A stretch of 64,000 nucleotides of DNA from Bacteroidota bacterium. GTDB taxonomy: Bacteria; Bacteroidota; Bacteroidia; B-17B0; Aurantibacillaceae. Each line of letters starts with the position of its first letter. Within the stretch, counting starts at the first letter, position 1. The translations under genes were made by a program, and so were the position numbers. A model generated the notes under the pieces. That model was not told the DNA's origin. It worked only from the letters and a program-made list of their open reading frames with translations, and did not search any database. Below, piece by piece: positions 26,311-36,681 of this stretch. Location: assembly GCA_030681615.1 (NCBI GenBank), contig JAUXSA010000138.1:7828-71827 (forward strand), read 5' to 3'.

Positions 26311-27771
26311 CTACCTTTTAATAAAAATAAAATCACCGCCTTCATCACCTACATTCTGGATAACACCAAATTGCGGAAGGCTGGTGCTATTGTTTGAAAC
26401 CGGTTGTTCTATGCTTTGGAATAATTGACTGGTTGTGAAATATTTTGATTTATTATTATTTAACCTGTCAAGTAAATATTTAATAAACGCGCTCTTATTG
26501 GGTACAGTTTTTAGTGTACCTGAAGTGATCGCTTTTCTGCTTGCCAACTGATATTTTTGTTTCACAAAACTACTTGCGTCTTCCATACTAACCGAACGGG
26601 TTTTAAATATACTTCCGCTAAAACAGGCATCAGATATTAAAAGCGTATGCAGTGATTTTATTTTTTTAATGTCAGCTACTAATTGATCATTATAAAGCCA
26701 ATTCGATGGATTACCAACTTCAGCATCTGATGGCAACCAATAACCAATATCATTATCTTTTTCATAATGTCCATGACCTGCGTAAAAGATCAACAAATTA
26801 TCACTTGTTGTAATTTTTTTAGCCATTTCCGAAAAAGCTATTACAATATCCCTTCTTGTAGGATTATATAATTCTTTTATATTTTCCTTTTCAAATAAAT
26901 ACTGTTTGTTTAAAGTTCTTTTAAGCGACATTGCGTCTTTGATCGGTAAACTGTCGAGATCGGGGATATTAGGATCTTTATAATTACTTACACCAATAAT
27001 AATAGCATAATACTTTCCGGGATTATTAAAATCTACCGTAGAAGCATAAATTTCTCCTGACTCTTCATTGTTTGTTCTGCTAACTTCTTTTTTTGGAGTT
27101 GTATTATTATCTACTGTTAATTGTATCGGTTTGCTTTGATATTTTTGAATTGTAAGATCATCAAAATCTATAATTATATTTTCATTTCCTGACCAAATCC
27201 TAAAACCAAAACGGTTCCCATATAATTCTTCTGCCGGGCATTCTCCGATCAGTTCGCCGTTAACATAGTATTTAAACATCCCGTTAATTTTTTTAAGCAA
27301 TAATACATTTGCTGTATTTCCCTTATTAACCGGTGCGTATATTTTTTGTGGGATCAGATCTTTTCTTTCCGGAGTCATCTTAAATAAACTGGCATTGCCC
27401 CAACCAGTTATCCCAAAGAAATGGTAAAATTTAAGAGGTATGTCATATCCGGTTACAAATCCGAAGTAATAGCCATCAGTGCCTGAAATTTTATTTACGC
27501 GCACTGATATTTCAAAATCTTCATCTTTGCTGAGTTCAACTGGGATTGTTGAAAACCAGGACCCACCATTTTTAGAGTTCATCCGGTATTTTCCCTGTTC
27601 AAATATAATAGCGTGATCATCTTTCTCACTTATTAGCCATTTATTGGAATTAGTTGAAAAATCTTCAGAAAGTATGACTTTTTTCACCTGTAATTCCGTT
27701 GGCGTTGACTGTGCAAATGCGCTAAAAAAAAACAGAACAATAGTGAAGGCGAGCAGGTAAGTTTTTTTCAT
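26311..27771 (-). CDS. secreted caspase-family (C14) peptidase with an N-terminal LamG/DUF1080-like domain
   Basis: Signal peptide. The C-terminal half carries the catalytic dyad context LLIFYAGHGH and LLISDACFSGSIF. Confidence 0.8.
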   Translation of the reverse strand: MKKTYLLAFTIVLFFFSAFAQSTPTELQVKKVILSEDFSTNSNKWLISEKDDHAIIFEQGKYRMNSKNGGSWFSTIPVELSKDEDFEISVRVNKISGTDGYYFGFVTGYDIPLKFYHFFGITGWGNASLFKMTPERKDLIPQKIYAPVNKGNTANVLLLKKINGMFKYYVNGELIGECPAEELYGNRFGFRIWSGNENIIIDFDDLTIQKYQSKPIQLTVDNNTTPKKEVSRTNNEESGEIYASTVDFNNPGKYYAIIIGVSNYKDPNIPDLDSLPIKDAMSLKRTLNKQYLFEKENIKELYNPTRRDIVIAFSEMAKKITTSDNLLIFYAGHGHYEKDNDIGYWLPSDAEVGNPSNWLYNDQLVADIKKIKSLHTLLISDACFSGSIFKTRSVSMEDASSFVKQKYQLASRKAITSGTLKTVPNKSAFIKYLLDRLNNNKSKYFTTSQLFQSIEQPVSNNSTSLPQFGVIQNVGDEGGDFIFIKR

Positions 27772-27861
27772 TTTTATCTTTTTTGCTTGCGCTAAAAGTA
27801 ACTCAATATTTTGACATTAAGATTAAATGTTTTTACCAATAAGAGGTAAAGTACCTTGACT

Positions 27862-29496
27862 CTATTCGCTAATTATTACCTTTTCAATGGCACTATATTT
27901 TCCGTCAAAAACAAAGTTAAACATGTAAATACCATCAGATAGTTTGATCTTATTAGAAATGTCTATGGTTTGTTTTCCTTTTGACAACTTCTCGAATTTT
28001 TTATCAATAATAATTTTGCCATTAATATCTGTTATAAAAAGATAAAGATCACTTTCGTATGGTAACTCAATATTAAGATTGATATACGATCTTGACGGAT
28101 TTGGAAATACAGAAACTTTTATAGGATTTACCCCACTTAAAGGTTTTAAGCCGGCGAATTGACTTTTTACTAACCAAACCTCATAAATAGTATTGTGTGC
28201 GGTTGTAACCGTTGTTTGATTGGCTGTAAAAGGATTGATCTGAGGACTGTATATGCCGCCATAGATGTGTCCTATTAAAATAGAATCAGCTAATATACCT
28301 GAGAGTTTTATTATTTCAGAACTATAATGGGGGATACTATGACTAGGAATAAACTCAGCACTAGCGCCAATAAGAGCGGGCATTTCATTAGGAAACACAT
28401 TTTCCTGCAAGTTTCCACTTGCATCGCGGGAAACGCGACTAATAGTTTTTACAAAAGGCACATTGTTATCTTGAGTTAATACATTATTAATGTAGGAGTA
28501 TTGACTCATGCCGCCAAAAAAAATAGAATGCATTGTATTATTAACGCTATCATAAATGGCGGCTTTAGCAGAATGATAATTACTCAAATACTGGTTAAAT
28601 GCAGGTTGTGGCGTATGACCACTTGCTTTAATATCTACAGGATATAAAAAAGGAAGATCGACACTAGTTTGAAAAACCCCTGATGAAATGGTATAACCCT
28701 CCTCTCCGTTAGGGAAAATTTGTGGTACAAGGTTATAATCTCTCCTATGAAGATGAACCTGATCTGTTGTTAAAGTATAATTTGAATAACTTAATTGCGC
28801 ACCTGAATTATTTAAATTAAATTTTTTAATGCCATTAACATATGTTTGTGTGTAGGTAGGATTTGCCATGGGGTTGTAACGCCCATCAAAACGGTGTCCG
28901 CCAACTAAAAAAAATGTATTTCCAATTTTTCCGAGCTGTCCGCCATTTACTGCAAAGTTTTGGTCGGTAATTTGTTTAAAATAGGGTGCAATTGAAGTTG
29001 AATTAGTTATGGCGTTTATTAAACCACTTACTGAAACAGAAGTTAAGTTAGGATAGGTTATGTGATCAAGGGCTGTATTACTGTAGCCATAACCCCCAAT
29101 AATATAAAGGGAATCACTGTCTTGGTAGAAATTCATATTAGTAGATTGTAACTGTTCTTTAAGGCCGGTTGCCAATGAATTAACCGAGGCTGTCCAAAAT
29201 TGTTGTGCATTTACATCTATAACATATATATCCGTGTTATTGCTTGCCGCCGGAAACGCGTTAAAAGGTTGTCGGGCATGTAACCCATCTTTTCTACCGC
29301 CAATAACTAACCATTTGCCGCCAGATTGAGCTACAGCAAAAGAATGTAAACCGGGAAGGTTCGTTAGTGTTACAGGTTTTAATTTTACCGAATAGTTAAA
29401 TGGAATTTGTTGTGCAAATCCGAATGTAGCTGACAATAACGTAAGCATTAGAATAATTATCTTTCTCATTTGATCTATAGTTTTGATTATTTTCAA
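27862..29496 (-). CDS. Kelch-like beta-propeller protein with a T9SS C-terminal sorting domain
   Basis: Repeated ..VIGGR.., ..IIGGYG.., ..LVGGHR.., ..FFGGMS.. blades. C-terminal ..VSVFPNPSRSYINLNIE...GIYMFNF...KVIISE. Confidence 0.65.
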   Translation of the reverse strand: MKIIKTIDQMRKIIILMLTLLSATFGFAQQIPFNYSVKLKPVTLTNLPGLHSFAVAQSGGKWLVIGGRKDGLHARQPFNAFPAASNNTDIYVIDVNAQQFWTASVNSLATGLKEQLQSTNMNFYQDSDSLYIIGGYGYSNTALDHITYPNLTSVSVSGLINAITNSTSIAPYFKQITDQNFAVNGGQLGKIGNTFFLVGGHRFDGRYNPMANPTYTQTYVNGIKKFNLNNSGAQLSYSNYTLTTDQVHLHRRDYNLVPQIFPNGEEGYTISSGVFQTSVDLPFLYPVDIKASGHTPQPAFNQYLSNYHSAKAAIYDSVNNTMHSIFFGGMSQYSYINNVLTQDNNVPFVKTISRVSRDASGNLQENVFPNEMPALIGASAEFIPSHSIPHYSSEIIKLSGILADSILIGHIYGGIYSPQINPFTANQTTVTTAHNTIYEVWLVKSQFAGLKPLSGVNPIKVSVFPNPSRSYINLNIELPYESDLYLFITDINGKIIIDKKFEKLSKGKQTIDISNKIKLSDGIYMFNFVFDGKYSAIEKVIISE

Positions 29497-29660
29497 AAAT
29501 ACTTAAACCCGGATCTTTCTTTTGTAACAAATGTTACCAAAGGCGTTTAATTTTAATAAAATTACCCTGCCGGGTAAAAATATATAAAGTAACGTAACGT
29601 TTTTTAGGCCTTAAGAAGTGGCCGATCTTCAGCAACGGCTTTCATAGAGCACGAAACCCG

Positions 29661-30068
29661 TTATTTTGCACCCCCGCTGTTAGCGGGTTGTTTATTTATT
29701 AGCCAAATTAAAACGGCATTTATTAGTGTTACAATAGTGAATGATCTTTCAAAGGTTGTTTCTGCAAAAAGGTTACCTATTGTATTTAGCGTAAAAATTG
29801 CAAAGAAAACCCACAGAATAACGGATAAAGTTTTTCTGCCAAAAACAGGTTTTACATAATTTCCTTTTTGTAGCAAAACGTAAACAAAAAACGAGTTAAC
29901 TACAATTGAAAGTATTTCAAATACATACATCTCCTTATCGTTTTTTAATTTTCCGCCCCAGGTTATTTCATAAGGTATAACTTTTATTAAAATGAGTAGA
30001 TGAAAAGCCAATGCCAAAAAACAGATGGCGATTAAAAATTTAAGATATATTTTTATATTGACTTTCAT
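29661..30068 (-). CDS. hypothetical 4-TM membrane protein
   Basis: Four hydrophobic segments. No motif recognised. Confidence 0.5.
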   Translation of the reverse strand: MKVNIKIYLKFLIAICFLALAFHLLILIKVIPYEITWGGKLKNDKEMYVFEILSIVVNSFFVYVLLQKGNYVKPVFGRKTLSVILWVFFAIFTLNTIGNLFAETTFERSFTIVTLINAVLIWLINKQPANSGGAK

Positions 30069-30305
30069 TTTTGCGAATAGGTTTCGTGGTACATAAGCTA
30101 CTTATTAGAAAACTGGCTAACGGATTCGGGACTGGCGCCGGCCTGTCTCCGGATGCTGACGATTTTAAAAAGGCTCCGATGTGCGCCGTAAAGTTAAAAT
30201 ATTTGGAGCAACGGCAAAAACCATAAATTTTCGCAGAGCAGACCACTTTAACAAATTGCTTTTGCATATTAGAAACTTTTCTCGTTCCGGTAGCGCTAGT
30301 ATTTA

Positions 30306-31084
<779 letters not shown>

Positions 31085-31094
31085 GGCAGTTATA

Positions 31095-31985
31095 TTATTC
31101 AACAACTTGTTTTTCTTTTAAAATTGTTTTTTCCATATTATAGGTTAACGCAAGAAATATTAAACCAACAATCACAGTCATTGCTATTGTTATAACATTT
31201 TCATAGATTTGACTTGTATCCATTTTTATATTTGAAAGAATAGCTTCCTGAATTCCATTCCCTGCTCCGTGTGCAATTGATGCAGGTATAAAACTCCTAC
31301 TTTTTAGTGTTAGCCAAGCATAGAAATAGGAAGTTGCAATAAGCCTAATCGGAAAAAGAATAAAACTGCCTAAAATTGGATTGTCTGGATAGTTATAGCC
31401 ATTAAGTAATACTGGTAAATGCCACATTGACCAGATAAAGCCTAGAATAGTTACTCCTTTAAACAAGCCAAATCGCTCAGTTAATAATGGTTGTAATAAA
31501 CCTCGCCAAGCAAATTCTTCACCTGTGGTGATAAAAGCATTTAATAGCGCAAATGCTGATCCTGTAAGGAATATGTTGGAAGAAAACAATAGCCAAGATT
31601 GATGACCTTTGCCCAAGAAAAATGATCCGCCTGTAACGTTTACACCTGACTTCGAAAAGATAAACCATTCAGATTGTCCGTAATTGAGTTTTTGAATAAT
31701 TATTACAACAGCAAATGCAATTATTATAGGTATGAATACCGCAAAAAATGAAGTAATGAAAATTTTAAAATTGGGTTTCCATAAAAGTTTTTCTTTTAGA
31801 TTTTTATTTCTTATTAAGAAGAATATAGTCACAACAATTGGTGTGAGCATAGTTCCTGCAAGCCAAACTCTTGCCGTATCACTGTTAATGTCCCCGGTAA
31901 TAATAATTGCCAAAATTTGAATTGTCCAGCTAACTATAAATAAAACTGCTATGTAGGAACAGATCTGTTTTTTTGTTGTCATCAT
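31095..31985 (-). CDS. CPBP-family intramembrane glutamic endopeptidase (CAAX protease-like)
   Basis: Motifs EEFAWRGLLQP, FIWSMWHLP and IAHGAGN in a polytopic protein. Confidence 0.8.
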   Translation of the reverse strand: MMTTKKQICSYIAVLFIVSWTIQILAIIITGDINSDTARVWLAGTMLTPIVVTIFFLIRNKNLKEKLLWKPNFKIFITSFFAVFIPIIIAFAVVIIIQKLNYGQSEWFIFSKSGVNVTGGSFFLGKGHQSWLLFSSNIFLTGSAFALLNAFITTGEEFAWRGLLQPLLTERFGLFKGVTILGFIWSMWHLPVLLNGYNYPDNPILGSFILFPIRLIATSYFYAWLTLKSRSFIPASIAHGAGNGIQEAILSNIKMDTSQIYENVITIAMTVIVGLIFLALTYNMEKTILKEKQVVE

Positions 31986-32025
31986 GTTATTAAAGATTTA
32001 TTATAATTTTTATGTTGCACAATTA

Positions 32026-33315
32026 TTAAAAAGTTTTCTTTAGCTTGATTGTTATTTTTTCTCCGGGTTTTTTTATTTTCACTATTTTTTTTATTCCGGC
32101 TACTGCATTCTTATTGTATTTGTAAGTTTCGGTATTTGCGCTCGAGCCCTGAAACATGCCATTAATATATGTATCTGTATAACCAACCACTTCTGTTTGT
32201 ATAGATGTGTGCGTATAGCCAAACTCTGTGTAAATTAAATAATCACCGGGCATCAGGTTAACAAATTCAAAATGACCCTCATCATCGTAAATGCCCGTTA
32301 CTTTTATACAGGCCGCAGCATCTTCTAATAATGGAATGGCCTTTCCTTTTTTTCTGGAGGCTTCGTTAAGTTCAATCCATTCTTTAAAATAAGATGTATA
32401 CGGAATTAAGATAACGCTCGTACCTTTGGGTGCATATTGTTTTTTGTGAATATTTGCTACAGCAATGCCTTTCAATAATCCTTCATTTTCATTATCTCTG
32501 GCAAAAGCTACACCGCTTATTACAGCGGTACCGGCTGTAATCATTTTTAATGTAGTTTGTTTATCAAATTTTGTTTTAAAAGGATTAAAGTCTGTTTCTT
32601 TATCAATAAGAAGAATGTTTTTGCCATTGGATTTTATCTCGATCTTCCAGGTTCTGTGGGTTTCTTTATCTATATAATATTCGTAATTATCTCCTGACGC
32701 CTCTTCAAGAACACTTACCTGCCATACCGAATGATTACCTGTTAAATTACTTTGGTACTGGTTACTCTTTACTTCTTTGATGTGCGTTAATGTTATGGCA
32801 TTTCCATCAGGCTTATAGTCATATACAGGAAAATTAGCGATATAGCCTGATCGAAGAGGTAACAACCCAAGCAAATAGGGATATGCATAACTAATAAAGA
32901 ATGGTTCCTTTATTGTTTGAGTTACAACTTTCTTGCTTTGTGTTTTCTTGTCAAAATGGTAACCAAATATTTTTTGTCCAAAATGCAATGCGTATTCTGT
33001 ATCATTTCGGTAAGATGAATAGTAGGCTGGCTTAAGATTTTGATTTAAAATACAGGTATCTAACCAAAACTCTTTTGAATTCAAAAATTTTAGTTTGGTA
33101 CAAATGGAAATATTATTTTCTATTACATTTATGTCAATCAAAAATGAACATATTTCTGTTGTATTGTTTCCATTAACTACATAATAACTCATTTCTGATT
33201 TACCTTTTCTAAGCCACTTTATATTAAAATCAGGGGCGTTTGGTGTAAGCGTTTTTTGTGATCTGCCAGGCACTAAAAAGCAGATCATAATTAGTGCAAA
33301 AAGTAATGTTCTCAT
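32026..33315 (-). CDS. hypothetical secreted protein
   Basis: Signal peptide. The C-terminal approximately 100 aa resemble a carboxypeptidase-regulatory-like beta-sandwich (..GHFEFVNLMPGDYLIY..). Confidence 0.5.
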   Translation of the reverse strand: MRTLLFALIMICFLVPGRSQKTLTPNAPDFNIKWLRKGKSEMSYYVVNGNNTTEICSFLIDINVIENNISICTKLKFLNSKEFWLDTCILNQNLKPAYYSSYRNDTEYALHFGQKIFGYHFDKKTQSKKVVTQTIKEPFFISYAYPYLLGLLPLRSGYIANFPVYDYKPDGNAITLTHIKEVKSNQYQSNLTGNHSVWQVSVLEEASGDNYEYYIDKETHRTWKIEIKSNGKNILLIDKETDFNPFKTKFDKQTTLKMITAGTAVISGVAFARDNENEGLLKGIAVANIHKKQYAPKGTSVILIPYTSYFKEWIELNEASRKKGKAIPLLEDAAACIKVTGIYDDEGHFEFVNLMPGDYLIYTEFGYTHTSIQTEVVGYTDTYINGMFQGSSANTETYKYNKNAVAGIKKIVKIKKPGEKITIKLKKTF

Positions 33316-33339
33316 TTTTAAATGTATTTTGATGGTTTG

Positions 33340-33987
33340 TTAGGGTTTTAAGATCTGATCTTCTTTTAATCGTCTTGCAAAGAACCAGCCAACAAGCAAA
33401 TTAGGCGCCCAGCTTATCCACGAAACGATTTGATATGAGAATATGAAATCATGAGTGCAATGAACCAAAAATGGAAGCCAGACTCTTAAAGTAACTGCAC
33501 CAACACATACAGCATAACTAAATATCATCAGCTTTCGATGCTTAATAATAGATCTCTTTTTAATAGCGAGGTAGCCATTAGTAGTAGTGTATGCCCATAT
33601 AAAATTACCAAGCATAAAACCAAGAAAAGCAATAAAACCTCCTTCAGCAAAAAAACCAATGTATGCTACTCCTAAAGCACTTAACCAAACAGAAAGTATA
33701 TATGTCTTTCCAATGGCCCGATGAAATGAACGATAGCGCTGCCTGATAAATTTGTTAAACTGTATCCATCCGGTAAGCAAAGCTATCCCTCCAAAAATGA
33801 TATGTAAATAAAAAAATGTTTTCCATATTACATTTTTTAGAAGCGCATCATCTTTCATTTGTAAAATACCCACTTTATCTTCTTTTATAAAAAACATAAG
33901 AGGATATATGCCAATTAAAAATATCATAATGATTAAAGGCAAATAAAGTAACGCAATGAGTATGCTTTTGGAAGAGATAGTACGCAT
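33340..33987 (-). CDS. DUF2306-like polytopic membrane protein
   Basis: TM pattern with ..FHRAIGKTY.. Start chosen at the ATG at 33987 (MRTISS), 4 nt after the stop of the 72 aa ORF. The track ORF extends to 34140. Confidence 0.55.
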   Translation of the reverse strand: MRTISSKSILIALLYLPLIIMIFLIGIYPLMFFIKEDKVGILQMKDDALLKNVIWKTFFYLHIIFGGIALLTGWIQFNKFIRQRYRSFHRAIGKTYILSVWLSALGVAYIGFFAEGGFIAFLGFMLGNFIWAYTTTNGYLAIKKRSIIKHRKLMIFSYAVCVGAVTLRVWLPFLVHCTHDFIFSYQIVSWISWAPNLLVGWFFARRLKEDQILKP

Positions 33988-33991
33988 ATAA

Positions 33992-34210
33992 TTAAAACTT
34001 AAAACCCAAATAAAAATCAGAACCGAACTCCCGTATGTAATTAATTGGATTCGAGATTTTAATTTCGTCAATTGTTTGCCCGCTAAAAACCTGAACCAAT
34101 TCAGGGGCCATGTTAATCCCGAAGGTGTGAGGAATTGCACCCACTAAAACCACAACTCCAATAATTAGGAAAATTATACATTCATATTTTTTATAAAATT
34201 TTTCGATCAT
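33992..34210 (-). CDS. hypothetical small membrane protein
   Basis: The ATG lies 6 nt after the upstream stop and the stop lies 4 nt before the next ATG. One TM segment. The operon-style packing argues that it is real. Confidence 0.4.
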   Translation of the reverse strand: MIEKFYKKYECIIFLIIGVVVLVGAIPHTFGINMAPELVQVFSGQTIDEIKISNPINYIREFGSDFYLGFKF

Positions 34211-34216
34211 AGGTTT

Positions 34217-34636
34217 TCATGTTTTAATACGAGGCCATTTCCAGGCATAACGAATAATCAGACAAAGAAGAACGACTTCTACAAAAGCGCCAAACACCAT
34301 GTGCATCCAAGCTTCACCTGCCAAATTAAATAACATATAAGGAATGTGAACCGTAGCCACGATGATGTTTGCCCAGCGATTTACTTTAGCAGGCAAGCAA
34401 ATAGAGAGACAAATCATTAAGGTAGGAACCGTCAGCGCACCGAGCACGATCAAAAGAAAATTTTGTGTAATATCAAATACAAATGCCTTGCCTGCTAATA
34501 TATCTTGTAGTGAACCCGGCATATATAAATGAAAATAATCCACGTAGATGTAAAGAAACATAAAACTCGTCCATAGTGCAGCAAGTTTCATCTTAACACT
34601 GATTTTAATGTCTTCCAGCGCATGTTGTGTATTCAT
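34217..34636 (-). CDS. hypothetical 4-TM membrane protein
   Basis: Hydrophobic segments. No motif recognised. Confidence 0.55.
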   Translation of the reverse strand: MNTQHALEDIKISVKMKLAALWTSFMFLYIYVDYFHLYMPGSLQDILAGKAFVFDITQNFLLIVLGALTVPTLMICLSICLPAKVNRWANIIVATVHIPYMLFNLAGEAWMHMVFGAFVEVVLLCLIIRYAWKWPRIKT

Positions 34637-34668
34637 AATTTGTGTTTTTTGTATTTCTAAATTTTTAA

Positions 34669-35292
34669 CTAAAAATTAAATCCGAAATGTAGCCCCGGTT
34701 CTGGTGTCCATTTTGGCCACTTGTCATCTTTTTCTTTAAAACCAACAGGCATTTTGGTAAAATAAGGGCGGCCGGCAATACCAAGTGATGGTTCAATAAA
34801 AAAACGATCCTTAAAGAGCTTAATGTGATAACCGATTCGATACGTGTTGAATATAATGAAACCATCACCCACCTTATCACCGTTTTCATTATTATATATT
34901 TGCCACATAGGCGTTGCATGAACTGCTGCATAAAGACCTTTCCAAAAATACCTTTGATAAGCCAGGCCAATTCCATATTCTCTTATATAACCTGGAAATT
35001 TCTCTTCAGGCTTTCCGTATTTATCATTATAAAAAGGGTTAATGCCAAGTGGCCAGGCATGTTTCCAGGTAATTAGTTCAAGGGAAATGACATCTTTTCC
35101 TGTAATACGATAGCCCAAATTGAGTTGAGCGAATCCGGGTGGGTTTACCTTGTCTACATTACCTACTAAAAACAAAGTACTGCCAACAAACCACTTTTTG
35201 TAAGTACTGTCGGTTTTAGCATATTGTGCCTGGAGGTGGAGCGTACTTGTTATCACTAAGACTAAACCAATGAGTAAAATTTTCTTTTGCAT
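34669..35292 (-). CDS. hypothetical outer-membrane beta-barrel-like protein, paralog A
   Basis: Signal peptide (LQAQ), ..KKWFVGSTLFLVGN.., C-terminal ..GLHFGFNF. Clear paralog of 35973-36590. Confidence 0.6.
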   Translation of the reverse strand: MQKKILLIGLVLVITSTLHLQAQYAKTDSTYKKWFVGSTLFLVGNVDKVNPPGFAQLNLGYRITGKDVISLELITWKHAWPLGINPFYNDKYGKPEEKFPGYIREYGIGLAYQRYFWKGLYAAVHATPMWQIYNNENGDKVGDGFIIFNTYRIGYHIKLFKDRFFIEPSLGIAGRPYFTKMPVGFKEKDDKWPKWTPEPGLHFGFNF

Positions 35293-35317
35293 ATCTTTTT
35301 TATATTAAATAATACTG

Positions 35318-35325
35318 CAAAAATA
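35318..35325 (-). promoter_or_regulatory. -7 promoter box TAttTTTG for paralog A
   Basis: The plus strand reads caaaaata, 26 nt upstream of the ATG at 35292. Confidence 0.45.
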
Positions 35326-35347
35326 GATTGACGAGATATAATAACTC

Positions 35348-35363
35348 GTTCACTTAAGTTAAG
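35348..35363. promoter_or_regulatory. 16 bp imperfect palindrome GTTCACTTAAGTTAAG, candidate Crp/Fnr-type operator
   Basis: The identical 16-mer recurs at 36651-36666, and both copies start 30 nt from their -7 box. 12 of 16 positions are self-complementary. Confidence 0.4.
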
Positions 35364-35446
35364 AAATACGTTTTTAGCTATTTTTTTTAATAATATACAA
35401 CCCACTATCTAGTTTACGGGCATAAGGAAAAGGAGAAATAATTAAA

Positions 35447-35477
35447 GTAGAGTCTGAAATATAACTTCAGACTCTAC
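35447..35477 (-). terminator. hairpin terminator downstream of the small lipoprotein ORF
   Basis: Perfect 12 bp stem gtagagtctgaa / ttcagactctac with a 7 nt loop and a T-rich tail on the minus strand. Confidence 0.6.
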
Positions 35478-35584
35478 CTACAAACATTATTGTCTTAAAG
35501 AACATGCTACTGAAACACTATACAGAGTTCCAACAGCGTATTTTTTAACTTGTGGTTCTGAAAGAGATTTTATTTGTTTTTATT

Positions 35585-35773
35585 TCATTTTTTCACTGCA
35601 TGATTGCTAAGAGTATCCGACGAGCTTGGATCGCAGTTTAAAGATTCTTTTTTCAATTCTTTTTTTAAGTCATCCAAACATTCTTTTTTACAAGAGGTTA
35701 ATCCAAGCCCAATAGTTAAAGATGCAATTATTAACATGGGTTTAATAATTTTGTTTTCCATTTTGTTTTCCAT
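35585..35773 (-). CDS. hypothetical small lipoprotein
   Basis: Lipobox GLTSC. 62 aa. Starts with a duplicated MENK unit. Confidence 0.35.
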   Translation of the reverse strand: MENKMENKIIKPMLIIASLTIGLGLTSCKKECLDDLKKELKKESLNCDPSSSDTLSNHAVKK

Positions 35774-35972
35774 TTTATTTAAAATATTCTCTACTTTTTA
35801 ATCAGGAAGAGATTTACCTAATTTTTTATGTATTATACTTTACAGTGCTATTTATTAAACAAGGGCACTCAACTTATTTAAAAGCGTTTCTATTTGATTA
35901 AAGTTACATCCCAACGTAGTTATGTTTTATACCTAATTGGTGCAAATAACTGCTTTCATCATCATTGTAGTT

Positions 35973-36590
35973 TTAAAACTTAAATCCAAAATCAAGCCCC
36001 GGCTGAATAAAGTAGTTAGGCCATTTTTGTTCAACTTTCTTAAAAGATTCTGGAACACCAGTTCTTAGAGGCCAATAACTGCATCCAATAGCTGGTTCAA
36101 AAAAGAAGCGGTCTTTAAAAAACTTAAATTGGTACCCTAAATAAAAGTCTGTATATAATGTGAATCCATTTCCAACCTTCTTTTTATTTTCATCCATATA
36201 TTTTTCAAAAGCATTCAATACATAAACAGATGTATAGAGTCCTTTCCACCAAAATCGCTGGTATCCTATTTGAGGTGCAAGTATGCGTGCATGTCCTGGA
36301 TAGTTTAGCCCGGGTCCATCAAAATCTGGCCCAAAAGGGAGACCTATTGGCCAAGCATACTGAGATCTTTTAAATCTAACTTGAATAACATCTTTAGGTG
36401 TTATCCTATATCCAGCATTTATTTGTATATACCCAGGATTGTTTGTTTCTGAAAAATTTCCCAGCAATAAGAGCGTACTCCCAACAAACCACTTTCTATT
36501 AGTACTGTCTTTTTTTGTATTTTGTGCACTCACCCGTAAACTGCTTGCCAACACTAAGGCTAGTCCAATCTGTAAGATTTTCTTTTGCAT
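35973..36590 (-). CDS. hypothetical outer-membrane beta-barrel-like protein, paralog B
   Basis: ..RKWFVGSTLLLLGN.., C-terminal ..GLDFGFKF. Start moved to MQKKILQIG (36590) because the track start at 36623 overlaps the predicted -7 box. Confidence 0.6.
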   Translation of the reverse strand: MQKKILQIGLALVLASSLRVSAQNTKKDSTNRKWFVGSTLLLLGNFSETNNPGYIQINAGYRITPKDVIQVRFKRSQYAWPIGLPFGPDFDGPGLNYPGHARILAPQIGYQRFWWKGLYTSVYVLNAFEKYMDENKKKVGNGFTLYTDFYLGYQFKFFKDRFFFEPAIGCSYWPLRTGVPESFKKVEQKWPNYFIQPGLDFGFKF

Positions 36591-36620
36591 ATCTTTTTTA
36601 ATAAATTTTAAATGATACTG

Positions 36621-36628
36621 CAAAAGTA
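36621..36628 (-). promoter_or_regulatory. -7 promoter box TActTTTG for paralog B
   Basis: The plus strand reads caaaagta. Confidence 0.45.
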
Positions 36629-36650
36629 GATTTGGAAGATGCTATAACAC

Positions 36651-36666
36651 GTTCACTTAAGTTAAG
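36651..36666. promoter_or_regulatory. second copy of palindrome GTTCACTTAAGTTAAG, candidate Crp/Fnr-type operator
   Basis: Identical to 35348-35363. It lies between the crp-like gene stop (36682) and paralog B. Confidence 0.4.
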
Positions 36667-36681
36667 AAAAGACTCTTAACC

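Noticed and set aside
30069-30305. The idea that the locally GC-rich 237 bp spacer upstream of the 135 aa membrane-protein gene is a riboswitch (fluoride, guanidine and preQ1 classes considered).
   Set aside because: I could not match it to any consensus I remember, and there is no obvious terminator or anti-terminator pair. It is kept only as part of the palindromic-element finding, and an Rfam scan would settle it.
35750-35773. 12 bp tandem duplication coding MENKMENK at the start of the small lipoprotein ORF.
   Set aside because: There are only two units with no further structure, so it probably just offers two alternative start codons.
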